From the NCBI RefSeq assembly GCF_963506605.1, contig NC_083281.1, forward strand, positions 75,144,001 through 75,208,000: 64,000 bases of DNA. The letters run 5' to 3'. The stretch's first letter is position 1; every line of letters begins with the position of its first letter. Source of the DNA: Zootoca vivipara. Taxonomy: Eukaryota. Below, in pieces: positions 21,797 through 33,900 of this stretch. The translations under genes were made by a program, and so were the position numbers. The notes beneath the pieces were generated by a model. That model was not told the DNA's origin and ran no database searches. It saw only the letters and a program-made list of their open reading frames with translations.

Positions 21797-22294
21797 ATTG
21801 GCGGCGCCGTCTCTTTCGGCGACCTCCCCGTCGGCCTTTCTCGTTGAGGAACGTTCTTCTGGCTTTCGCTGCAGCGTTAGAGGCGTGCAAGGTGTGGGTT
21901 TGGTGGGTTGTGACCCTTTGCACAGACAGTTGGAGAACCAAGCCGTGTTGCATAGAGCCGCAAACAAAGATTCGGAGCTTTTAACGATTGCTGTGATTTG
22001 GGAAGTAGACTATTCAACACTGCTTGGGTGGATTTTCTTTGCCAAAATGAAGGTTCTCAACTGACAATTCACATGTAAACCATGGAAAATTCGGTTTTCT
22101 CCAACCTGGTGCCCCGCAGATATTTTTGACTACAGTTACCATCATCCCTGGGGTTGTAGCCTAAACCACCTGGAGGGCACCAGGTTGGATAAGGCTGCTT
22201 AAACTAATCCCTGTATTTCCTTTCTCCTGTGTGAGAATTAACAGGATCATGTTTCTAAACTGGTATGCTTTTTCTGAGTTCTTTTTCACCAGTG

Positions 22295-22295
<1 letters not shown>

Positions 22296-22341
<46 letters not shown>

Positions 22342-22469
22342 CTTCCTCCGAAACATTTACCAATCCCAATTCTCTCCTGAGAAGTTCCAAATTCAGTGCT
22401 CAGAATAAATTAAGTTTGCACTGCTTTGGTTTTAATTTTGCTTTCAGTATTACAGAGCTCAAATCTTTT

Positions 22470-22520
<51 letters not shown>
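22296..22520. repeat. (GT)n and (TAT)n microsatellites downstream of the MUL1 stop, flanking AATAAA at 22404
   Basis: Read directly. Confidence 0.95.
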
Positions 22521-22523
<3 letters not shown>

Positions 22524-24499
22524 TTTAGTAAGGAGGTGGTTAGAGAGAAGAGGGAAGACTCTTGAGCTTATGGCAAGGGGGCAGGCAGGGCAGCAGCCCT
22601 AGGGGGAAAATGGAAAGTCTCACTGACCAGTGAAGTACAACCTCTCCCCCACCCGGCACAGCTCTCTGGTAGTTGCTGACTGTTCATTAAACAGAATCAG
22701 GCCACTTCCACAGGGTGGATGATGATGAAAATGGCAACCAAAGTGATCAAGAGGATGGAGCAACTCCCCTGTGAGGAATGGTTGCAGCACGGCAATTAAA
22801 GGATTTAAAGTGGTTTGATTGTAATTATCCCTTCCTATAATTTTGAAGGAAAACATAAAGTGCTTTGTATGTCAGCACTTCACGGGTTCCTTAATTTGGT
22901 GCAGGTGTTCATTTTAAGTATAAACAGGACTCTGTTTTCGTAGCTGATTGTATGTAGCAATGCCCTCTTTATGCACCAACGTGGTCTAAACGTGCATATT
23001 GTCCTCTAGACCCAAGTTTTGGGCACCTGTATTCATGCAAACACAAACCTATACATATTCACACACAGAACGGGTATTATAAACTGTTCAGTCATGACAA
23101 AGGCTCTTGTTTCCGAAAAGGACAGGACGGTGTTTGGGTGACAGGGACTGATCTCTCCACCACTTTTAATTGTTCTCTGAAATGTGGAGGGGAGGGGAAA
23201 TGAAAAGAAAAGATGAATTATCTCCACAAGCCCTTTCCCAATACCCACCCATTTCAATGGATGGAAGGGAGAGATCTCCTTCATTTACAATACCAGTAAG
23301 CAGTGTGTGTATCCAATGTAAACAAGATGCTACAGCTCTGTATATAAAAGGCTAGACTATTGGGCTACAGGTTCGCAGAGGAGGAGGAAGAGGCTGGCGG
23401 GTTTGAATGCCCTTTCTATCGGTTCGAAAGGTGGAGAGCTTCGAAGCTCTTCTCGCACAGGGGTTTCCCAGCCCATAAACAGCTTTCAAGCTCCCAGACT
23501 TGCTTACCTGCTCTTAGAGGCTCTGGCGGGAACTCGGGCGACCTTGCGAAAGCTCGCAAGAGCCTCCAAGGGTTGAGTAAGCAAGTCTGAGCTAAGAAGC
23601 TCTCTGCTTGGGGAGCAAGGCCTGCTCAGAGCCCAGTTCTGGAAAGGGTAAGGATGTTTGCGACAGTTCCAAGGCGGTGGTTCGAGTATGCACGTACCTG
23701 CATCTATGTAACATCCCCGGAACCTGCGCAAGGTACGATCACACAGTCCTCGCTGCTTTGACACTTGCCTAAGAACGTGAGCTGAGCTGTACCGGATCAG
23801 GCCCGTGGCCCACCTAGTGCAGCATCCTGTCCTCACAGCAGCCTACCAGATGCCTGTGGGAAACAGCAAGCGGGACCCGAGAATGAGAACTTTATCTCGC
23901 CCTGCCCCATCCTCCATGGTTTCTAGCAACTCTTCCCCAGACAGCCTTGCAATGATATTTTGACCCTTTTCTTTGCTCAGGGTATGATTGCCCGACCTCA
24001 AGGCGAGAGAACAGGGAAGGTGCCTTTACATCTCTGCACGAGTCCATGCGCAGAGCTGGCTTCCTCCCAAGTGAGTGTGTACCCTGAACAATGGCACGGA
24101 AATGTGGGCTGCTCCTGATGGTGGCTGATTCAGTTGGGGCTGAAACAGAACTGACAATGAACGCAGAGTTAGTAACTGTGTATGATTGGTTAAAGGACCT
24201 TCCCGTGGTCCAGATCTTCCCACTCTGCTGCTGCTATTTACTTAAAAATGTGCCATGAGTTGCATGATTCCTTGTTTTGAATCCTGTTATCAGAATTCCG
24301 AGAAGTAGGTTAGGCTGAGTGACTGACACTGCTCTTCATGCCTGAGTTAGGTAACCTGCTTCCTATTTCAGCACTCTTAATGCACTACAGCATGCTGGCT
24401 CTCGATGTGACAATTGGACAGGTATAACAATGGGAAGCATGAATCCAGTTTGCTCTCTGGAGAAGACCGGTGCAATCACCTGAGATAGCTACTTCATTT

Positions 24500-24712
24500 C
24501 CTTATTTATTGCATTTGCACCCCACGTATTCCTCCAAGGAGCTCGAGGCAGCATACATGATTCTTCCTCCTCCATCTCCACAGCAACCCTGTGAGGTAGG
24601 TTAGGCTGAGAGGCCATGACTGGCCCAGGGTTTAGTGAGCTTCATGGCCAAGTGGGGATTTGAACCTTGGTCTCCCAGGTCCAGGTCTGGCACTCAAACC
24701 ACTACACCACAT
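24500..24712 (-). mobile_element. MIR/CORE-type SINE (related copies near 16945-17150 and 46477-46770)
   Basis: caaccctgtgaggtagg...ggggatttgaacc...aaccactacacc. Confidence 0.7.
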
Positions 24713-25765
24713 CAGGTTTCTGCTGTGCTGCCATGCCTTTAACCAGTTGTAGAGCTTAAAACGAACTGCATGAATTCTGAGCCCTGTATTGTTTGGGTAC
24801 CTATGCTTTTGTGGTTCCTGAGATGCTGTGTTGGGACACCAGGTGGCGATGCATCACTGTGATTGTTGCGCTCAGGTGGCCAAGCTCAGCAACCTTCAGC
24901 TACAAACCCACAACTCCATCTGCTGGCAGGCTTTCTTTCGCCAAGCGAAGATGCAGAGGTGTGATGGTAAACAGGGACAGCAAAGCAGAGTGAGCTGCCA
25001 CTCTGGTCTATTTCTGTTTCTGCCGCTCCCTTTCACTCCTACAGCGATGATACTATTGGACCTAGGAATCTGTTTTCCAAGTAAGAGAGTGTCTTCGGCA
25101 GCCACCTGTTTCAGTCCCAGAGTGAAGCAACAACACAAAAAATATTCCGACAATGTTAAAAAGCACAATGTCTCATGCAAATGGTCCGTGTGTGTGTTAT
25201 TTTCGCACGTCCATCTTTGCTGTACTTGGAGATTGGTGTGAGGGAAGGCAAGATGGGTGAGAATCCATCTTGCATGTGCTGCAGTCTGCACATGCCCAGG
25301 GGCAGTCTTTTCTTCATGACATTGCAAGGCATTAGAGGGAGGACGGTGGCTCAGTTGCAGAGCACCTGCAGGTTCAATCCTTGGCATTTTTGGGTAGGTT
25401 TGGGAAGGTCCCCTGCCTGAAATCGTGCAAAGCTACAGCCAGTCGGTGTGGACAGTACTGAGCTAGAGGAATCAATGTTTTGACTTGGTCTGTGCACAGT
25501 TTGCTCCTACAAGGTAAGATGGCCACCAGTTTTAAAAGGGATAAGACAAATTAATGGTGGCGGTGGTGGCGGGGAGTTTTTAGCATGCACCAAAAACAGT
25601 ACTGCAAAGACATCTGTCTAATATCAATGGGCAGGGAGTTCCAAAGTGTAGGTGCTGCCACAACGAAGGATTCCATTACAAGTGTGAAATCAAAGTGATA
25701 TGGCACTTGTAAAAGGGCTGATTCTGCAGATCATTTAGGTGAATGTATACTGCAAGAAGCTTGTC

Positions 25766-25908
25766 ATAGAATCCCAGAGCTGGAAGTGATCCTGGGAATC
25801 ATCTAGTAGTTCAACCCCCTGCAATGCAGGAATTGAAAAGCTGTCCCATACAGGGATCGAAACTGCAACCTTGGCATTACCAGCACCATGTTCTAACCCA
25901 CTGCACTA
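25766..25908 (-). mobile_element. tRNA-Ile-like-headed SINE with CR1-type tail (a head-only copy lies at 12168-12235)
   Basis: Reverse complement reads as tRNA-like A/B boxes followed by the same CR1 tail. Confidence 0.6.
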
Positions 25909-26240
25909 TTCACTCGATCCTGATCAGCCCCATGTGGAAGTAGGTCAGTGATGGGAACCTGCAGCTTTTCAGAGGTAGCTGGACACCACTGCCCATCACC
26001 CCCACCTTTGGCCATGATGCTGGCAGGGGCTGATGGGAACTGGAGTCTATCAACATTTGGAGGGTTACTGGTCGGCCCCCTCTGACGTACCTCTTCACTA
26101 TCACTTCTGCATGAGATCATTTAAGGCCAAGATAGGGAAAATTGTGACTTTCCACTTTCCACTTACTTACTTTGAACCACTTTTCCATTCAGTTTGCAGA
26201 AAGCCTTTTGAAGTTCCTTGCAATCCTGTTTTTTTATATA

Positions 26241-26684
26241 TAAAGCTATGGTTTTCCCAGTAGTGATGTATGGAAGTGAGAGCTGGACCATAAAGAAGGC
26301 TGATCGCCGAAGAATTGATGCCTTTGAATTATGGTGCTGGAGGAGACTCTTGAGAGTCCCATGGACTGCAAGAGGATCAAACCTCTCCATTCTGAAGGAG
26401 ATCAGCCCTGAGTGCTCACTGGAAGGACAGATCGTGAAGCTGAGGCTCCAATACTTTGGCCACCTCATGAGAAGAGAAGACTCCCTGAAAAAGACCCTCA
26501 TGTTGGGAAAGATGGAGGGCACAAGGAGAAGGGGACGACAGAGGATGAGATGGTTGGACAGTGTTTTCGAAGCTACCAACATGAGTCTGACCAAACTGCA
26601 GGAGGCAGTGGAAGACAGGAGTGCCTGGCACTGGTCCATGGGGTCACAAAGAGTCGGAGACGACTAAACGACTAAACAACAACA
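26241..26684 (+). mobile_element. Bov-B LINE 3' fragment
   Basis: KAMVFPVVMYGSESWTIKKADRRRIDAFELWCWRRLLRVPWTAR, the RTE/Bov-B ORF C-terminus. Confidence 0.95.
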
Positions 26685-28587
26685 AAACAACATATACAGT
26701 ATAATATTAAAGTACTAGATGAACCCAGGCTGATCCATCTGCTCGCTTAGGTGGCGAGATGGGAAATATTTGTTTTACTCTCTTCCAAGTGAAGTTTGGG
26801 GGTGCATGTGAGATCTTTGTGTGTGTGGCGGTGAGGAGGCAGCTAAATGCACACAGCGCTTCAAGGCATGATAGAGCAGCAAATTAAATTAAGAAGCAAG
26901 CAGGCGGCTCCTCTTGCACCTCCTGCCCACCCACGCTAGTTGTTTTTTGAGTGAGGGCAACAAATCCCTCTTAATGTTTGCACCTGAAACGTGCCAGTCA
27001 AAAAACCGACCTCGTGGTTCTCTATTCCGCCCTCCCACCGACTCCCCACTCATAGGTAGGGCTGGCAAATCCGACAGTCTTGGCTTCTTTTCTTTTTTTC
27101 CAAGGTGGGGAGCGATCTGGAGACTGTGACCTGCAGCTTAGGCAGAGAGAGGCAGGGAGAAACTGAAGGCTGCTCCTTGGCATTTCCAGGTAGGGTTGGG
27201 AAAACATCCTTGCCTGTGCAGAATCATTGCTTGTCAGTGTAGATGAGGGTTGGGGAAATCATCTATGCACAGTTTCTTATTCCCCTGTTCTTATTCTCCC
27301 TTCCCGGCCAACAATTAGGCTTGAAAAAAAAGTCTTTTCACTTTTTTTTTCAAGCATAAGGGGAAGGCATGTGCTCTTTGGAGAGTCTGACTGGGGAGGC
27401 AAGAGTTAATCATCCCCCCCTCCCAGCTGCTATCCCCAGGAAACTCACAACAACCCTGCAACAGTTAGGCTTGGAGGGCGTTACTCCCCAGGTTCCATCC
27501 AATCACAATCCCCCCAAATCCTGCCCCCCAATGCAGTTGGAAACTCCTTCTGTTGTAGCATTCTAATCTAATTTCAGTAGGGGGCAGGAGGATGGAATCC
27601 TGTTGGTGCCATCTAGATGCATGAAAGTCTAGACGTGCATATTGACAACCCATGTTTTAAGCTGCCTTGAAGTCCCTTTTGTTGCTTTTGCCGCAAGAGA
27701 CCGCTTCTTGTGAGTGAGTGTCTTTTCATGAGGACTAGTGACATGCCCAGGGATGTTTTTTTTTAAAAAAATGGAGCCACCCTCAAAAAGCATACATCTT
27801 TCTCCCGCTCCGAGATCATCTTTCCATTTAGACTTCATAAAAGTGTTCCTTCTAGCATTTTCAAATCTACTTCAAGCTGCTTTTGGAAGCTGGGCTCCTT
27901 GAAACACATTTCTGTGTGTGCGAGACCTGAAATGGGGAAACTGGGACAGTCGTTTTTACTCCTTACAGGACTCTCAGCGGGAGATGCTGAGGGGAGCCGG
28001 CAGCCAGAACCTTCTCCTGAAACGCTTGAGAAAAACTGAGTTAGATTTCCTAAGCTGGGCCCTGTGGGAAGCAGGGATAGGATAGCTCCTGGGGAAAATA
28101 CCTTTAAGATGCTCTTGAATTACATTTCACCCAGTTGTCCTACTTTCCAGAGTAAAGTACCCTACTTTATAGAGGACAGTCCTCTACCTCAAGGGATGTC
28201 AGAGAGAACAGCCCTTTTATTTGGAGATGTCTTCTGGGACTTCCCAGTCCAAATCGGGTTTAACGATATGGAGGATGTGCAGGAGAGGCCTCGAAAATGT
28301 CCATGAACATCTGGATGGCAGATTGTGGCAGGCCGCCGGTCTTCCCCACCAGGATGAGATTTTATTTCTATTAAAATGAGAAGAGCATAAAAAAGCCTGC
28401 TGGATCAGGCCAAAGGCCCTTCTAGTCCAGAGTCCCTGTTCTCAGAGTGGCCAACCAGATGTCTGTGGGAAATGCAAGCAGCAACACGCAGGCAAGGGCA
28501 CTTTCTCCTCCTGTGGCTTCCAGCAACTAGTGTACAGAAGCATTTATTGCCTCTGGCAGATGGCTTGTAGCCAGATAGCCTAACCAC

Positions 28588-29033
28588 CAGGGCTGGATTT
28601 AGGTTTGATGAGGCCCTAAGCTACTGAAGGTAATAGGGCCCTTTATGTCCAGCTGTCCTTTGTCAACAACAAATTGTTGCTGTTTTTTGTGTTGGATATA
28701 TGTTATATGGTAATTTATGGACCTAATAGGTATCTAAAGCCATTTGCACATAACAAAATATGTATTTTATCATGCAGAATGTAGGCACCCTATATATAGA
28801 AATGAGAAAACCAGTGATATTTTAGGGAGCAGGCTAGCAGGCAGTGCCCATTACTTACATCATAGGAGCCTACACAACACAAAACACTGTTGTTGTATGT
28901 AGGTTTTATATTATTTGTTTTATCTTATATTTTGGAAAGATACATCCAGTTTTTATTCTTTTAAATCCCCCCCCCCCAAGAGAGTGGGGCCCTAAGCTAT
29001 AGCTTGTTTAGCTTATACGTGAATCCAGCACTG
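28588..29033. mobile_element. Non-autonomous hAT element
   Basis: TIRs CAGGGCTGGATTTA / TGAATCCAGCACTG; perfect 8-bp TSD ctaaccac. Confidence 0.88.
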
Positions 29034-29428
29034 CTAACCACCCATGGATTTGTGCAATCCTCTTTTTAAAGCCATCTGATTTGGTGGCCTTCACTGCCTC
29101 CTGGGGGGGGGGGGGTGAGTTCCATAGTTTGTGCTGTGTGAAGAAGGACTTTATTTTACCTGTCTTGAATCTTACAACATTCAGCTTCACTGGCTGTTTG
29201 CGAGTTCTAGTGTTATGGGGGGGGGGAATGTCCCTCTCCTCTCTCCATGCCATGCATTATTTTATAGACTTCACCTCTTTTTTTTGCTTTTTTAAAAGAA
29301 AGAGTCCTAGTTGCTGCAGCATAGGGGAGTCGATTCATCCCCTTGATCATTTTGACCTCACTTTTCCGAAATTTTCCCTACTCTGGAATATCCTTTTTGA
29401 AGTGAGGCAACCAGAACCGTACACAGTA

Positions 29429-30009
29429 CAGTGGAACCTCGGTTTACGAACACCTCGGTTTACGAACTTTCGGTTTACGAACCCCGCGGACCCATCTGGA
29501 ACGGATTAATTCACTTTCCATTACTTTCAATGGGAAAGTTTGCTTCAGTTTATGAACACTTCAGTTTATGAACAGACTTCCGGAACCAATTACACCCATG
29601 CTTCGGGTTAAGTACGCTTCAGGTTGAGTACTCTGCGGACCCCTCTGGAACAGATTAATCCACTTTCCATTACTTTCAATGGTAAAGTTCGCTTCAGTTT
29701 ATGAACACTTCAGTTTAAGTACTCCGCAGACCGTCTGGAACAGATTAATCCACTTTCCATTACTTTCAATGGGAAAGTTCGCTTCAGTTTATGAACGCTT
29801 CAGTTTATGAACAGACTTCCGGAACCAATTACACCCATGCTTCGGGTTAAGTATGCTTCAGGTTGAGTACTCCACTCCGCGGACCCGTCTGGAATGGATT
29901 AATCCACTTTCCATTACTTTCAATGGGAAAGTTCACTTCAGTTTATGAACGCTTCAGTTTATGAACAGACTTCCGGAACCAATTGTGTTCATAAACCGAG
30001 GTACCACTG
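29429..30009. mobile_element. Tc1/mariner (Tigger/pogo-like) MITE with internal tandem repeats
   Basis: TIRs CAGTGGAACCTCGGTTTACGAAC / GTTCATAAACCGAGGTACCACTG; TA TSD. Confidence 0.9.
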
Positions 30010-30460
30010 TATTCCAAATGCGGCTGCACCAAAGATTTGTATAATGGCATTGTGATATTGGCAGTTTTATTCTCAATTCTCTTCCTAATGATGGAATCTT
30101 TCCCTAGCACGGAGTCCGATCATCATAATTCCTATGCCTCCTACACACCCTCTATTTTGAAGGGACGTCTCGTTTATTTATTTTTATTCATTTCATAAAA
30201 GCCATACACCCCTTGATTGTTTACAAAGAGAAGAAAGCCAGAACATTATTGGTAAAAAACAACAACAGTAAAAACAGCAACAAAGAACACCTATTTAAAA
30301 CATTTTAAAAAATTAAAATAAGCAATAAACTAAAAAAAAGCTTGAAATGTTCTACATATCTGGGTAGGCTTGTCTACACAAAAATATTTTTAGCAGGTGC
30401 TGAAAAAAGTACAGTGAAGGTGCTTGTCTGATGTCAATAGGCAGGGAGTTCCCAAGTGTA

Positions 30461-30696
30461 CCTGTTTCCCCTATTTTAAGACGTATTCATAAAATAAGCC
30501 ATAGCAGGATTTTTAAGCATTCAAGGAATATAAGCCATACCCCGAAAATTAGACATAGTGATAGGCACAGCAGCAATGCCGGCCGCAGCAGAAGGAGGAG
30601 GTGAAAAAAAAAAGACATCCCACCGAAAATAAGCCACCCTGTGTTTTTTTGAGGGAAAAAAGTTCTAAGACGGTGTCTTAAAAAAGGGGAAACACG
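30461..30696. mobile_element. Tc1/mariner-type MITE inserted in an L2-like fragment
   Basis: TIRs cctgtttcccctattttaagac / gtcttaaaaaaggggaaacacg; TA TSD; an empty-site paralogue aagtgtaggtgctgccaca occurs near 25645. Confidence 0.8.
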
Positions 30697-30757
30697 TAGG
30701 TGCTGCCACAATCAAAGTTCACTTTAAACAGCAAGAACCTTACGGAGGGAGGCCTAT

Positions 30758-30903
30758 GCTGGGATAGTTCAGGCGGTAGAGCATGAGACTATTAATCTCA
30801 GGGTCATGGGTTTGAGCCCCACGTTGGGCAAAAATATTCCTGCATTGCAGGGGGTTGGACTAGATGACCCTTGTGGTCCCTTCCAACTCTGCGATTCTAA
30901 GAT
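30758..30903 (+). mobile_element. tRNA-Lys-derived SINE with CR1-type tail (lacertid P.s.1/SINE-like)
   Basis: Degenerate tRNA-Lys(CTT) head followed by ttcctgcattgcagggggttggactagatgacc...gattct. Confidence 0.8.
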
Positions 30904-33900
30904 GCCCACCCACACCTGGACAGCAGACTAAACGGGCACACAGCTCACCTGGCCACTGCGGGGAGATGGGTTTATGTCTGTTTAATTTGTGGTCCTAGTT
31001 TCTAAATTTGAACCGACACATACTGTAGAAATGCAAATTGTGTCATGAACAATGGGAGTGAAAGTTCAACAGAAACTAGAGGGCATCATGTTGGCTACCT
31101 CTGCTGTAGCCTTTTCTCCTAGGGCAATTGTTCCGCATCTTTTCCATCTACGTCATTTATTGAGATGGGGTTGGGGTGGGAAAACACTACTCTGCGGGTG
31201 GTTTTCCTCCCCAGCCCATGAAGTTCTTGCTTTAATGTTCATTTAAATCACGTGAATCTGTTGTGGTGATGGGTAGATGCAACTTGTGAATTTTAGCATT
31301 GGCCAAAGGTGCCAGACTTTGCAAGCTGATGTATTTGCGGTGCCTGTGCGAAAATGAAAGGGCTCCAGAGGCGATAGCAGCCTGTAAATAGGAGGTGTGC
31401 TGCTGCCAGTGTGTATTTAAAATACTGTACTTATTGACAGTCTTCCAGTTGGGTCAGGGATCAGAGCCTGCAATTACATTTCCAGGGAAAAGGAATATCT
31501 CCAGGTTTGAAGGGATGTAAGGTGGGGAAGCTCCCCTTCCCTTGGGATGGATCTGTGCTGTGGAAATGAAAGCTGCTTCACCTAGCCTTTATTTGCTTGC
31601 TCCTCTTCCCAGATCATGGCTGTACTTTGGCCCATCGGCAGCGGAAAAATTGTTATGCCTTTGGAAAACGGCCAGCAGAGAACAGCTCTTTCCATATGCC
31701 CAGAGTGAACTCAATGTCCCCAAGGTGGTCAAAGGCATTTTAACTATTGCTTTATACAGCTTTAAACCTGCACTTTGAATTCTCTGTGGAAGAGAAGGAA
31801 GGAGGAAGCACATTGATGAAAGTATCTGACCCAGGGGTGGCTCACCTTGTGTGTGCATGTATGTGCATATCAGTGGTGGGTGGGGCAGAAAGGGTGTGTG
31901 ACCTGCCACTCTCCCCGCCCCAAACACCAAGCAGCGCTCTCTTCTCAGTTGATATGTGCAGATCAGCTGATGGGGGTGGCTATATTTTCCTCCCAACGGA
32001 TCAAATGATTGACTTGATAACCAGGAAGGGAGGAAATTTTTATCTGGGCTCTTTCTCCATGCACCTAAGTGCCTTTATTTGGTCTCCAATTATGTCTCTG
32101 TGGGGCAGTTTGTGTGGTCAGCCGTTAACCAAAAGGTTGGTAGTTTGAGCCCACCTAGCGAACATTTCTGTTTAATTCTTCTACTTGTTACAATGAGTAG
32201 TAATAACACACCCTCCAACATTTCTCCGATTAAAATAGGGACATCATTTTCCACAATAAAAATAATTTCATACCCTGCCCACCTGACAGGGTTGCCCCAG
32301 CTACTCTGAGTGACTTCCAACACATATAAAAACATAATAAAACATTAAACATTTTTAAAAAAACCCTTCCCTATACAGGACTGCCTTCAGATGGCTCGGG
32401 GGTTGGATAACTCCATACCCTCCAGGATTTATCTGATGGAAATAGGGACACCCTAACGGAAAGTGGGACATTATTGGATCACATCAGAAACTGAGACAGC
32501 TTCTGTAAATCCAGGACTGTCACTGGAAACTAGGGACACTTGGAGGGTCTGTAATACCATAATAATCCTTTTATTATTTATACCCCACCCACCTGAATGG
32601 GTTTCCCCAGCCACTCGGTTGGCTTCCAACCAAATATTAAAAACACAATACAGCATCAAACATTAAAAACTTCCCTAAACAGGACTGCTTTCAGATGTCT
32701 TCTAAAAGTCAGATAGTTGTTTATTTCCTTGACATCTGGTGGGAGGGCAGGTGCCACTACCGAGAAGGCCCTCTGCCTGCTTCCCTGTAACTGCAGTGAA
32801 GGAACCACCAGAAGTCTCTCGTAGCAGGACCTCAGTGAACTCAGTGCCTTTCAGAGTAACTTTCCTTACAGGGTTGTTGTGGGGGGTCAATTGAGGGGGG
32901 CAGGGAGAACCACATAGGCAACCTTGTGCTCCTTGGAGTGAGGGCAGGAGAGAGAAAAATTGGTCTTTTCCTGAATAAGGTGACATCTCCCACACATGGA
33001 GGCAGGGCAAGGCAACCCAGGCTGGGCCAAGAACAGAACTCCTGGCTTCCTTTAACTTCTGGCTGTAGGAAACTGACAACTGACAACTGAAACTGATGTC
33101 TCAGGTAGACAAGGGGTTGCATCACCTTGCTGTAACACAGTGAGCGATGCCTTTCAGTTACATAGGAGGATTCCATCCTGACACTGGATCTCTCAAGTTA
33201 CACAGCCAACCCGGAGCCAAAGGAGAAACTGTATTTCAGTTCACTGCAGCAAGTAACAATGGACCAATGCATCAATTTTTGTGTCCCCCTCCCCCCTTTC
33301 AAATCTTAAATTCAATTCCATAACCATTTCCAGATACCTCATGAAAACTCCCTGGCAAATTTCTCTTAATATGCAACTTTTTGTATGCAGTGTTGACCAA
33401 TATATATCTTTTTTTTGTGTGCAAGCTGTTTCCACTAGAACCATAGAATTGTACAGTTGGAAGGGACCCTAAGAGCAATCTAGTCCAACCCCCTGTGATG
33501 CAGGAATCTCAACCAAAGTACTAACATGATTCATTTCTGTATGTTCATTTCATTAAGAACATGCACACCTTGAAGATGGTTAGGAGGCTGCAGTGAATGC
33601 AGAATGTGGGGTTTGCCAGTGAGCTACCAGGCCAAATCCAAGGAGTTAAAACTAGCATACAAAGCCCTAAATGCTTAGGACCCAAGTACCTTAAAGAACT
33701 AATTCCCCAATATCAATCACCTGAATACCCTACGATTGGCAGGTGAGGCCTTGGTGGTGGTGGTGCAGGGCCTTTGGGGTGGCGGTTCCCCATTTGAGGA
33801 ATGGCCTCCCCAATGAAGTTCATCTTTCTCCCTCAATATTGACTTTCAGGAAGGATTTTAAAGTATTCCTATTTCCCCCGGCATTTAATGGCTAAAAGAC

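Larger units (their letters stand above)
28386..30092 (-). mobile_element. Old CR1-type LINE 3' part interrupted by two DNA-transposon insertions
   Basis: ccagaaccgtacacagta|ttcc is the reverse complement of the EYCV.FW motif, split at a TA; host is continuous across 28588-29033 and 29429-30009. Confidence 0.75.

Noticed and set aside
21399-21967. Long antisense ORFs over MUL1 exon 4 (and similar ones over ZBTB40 exons)
   Set aside because: Shadow ORFs expected from GC-rich codon usage.
29484-29990. CRISPR-like repeat array
   Set aside because: No unique spacers, vertebrate context, and enclosed by MITE TIRs.
30758-30830. tRNA-Lys gene (also 56738-56810)
   Set aside because: Mutated stems and fusion to a CR1-type tail indicate SINE heads, not functional tRNAs.
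31240-31500. Enhancer-like non-repetitive block (also 49460-49680)
   Set aside because: Only short generic motifs; conservation cannot be assessed without alignments.
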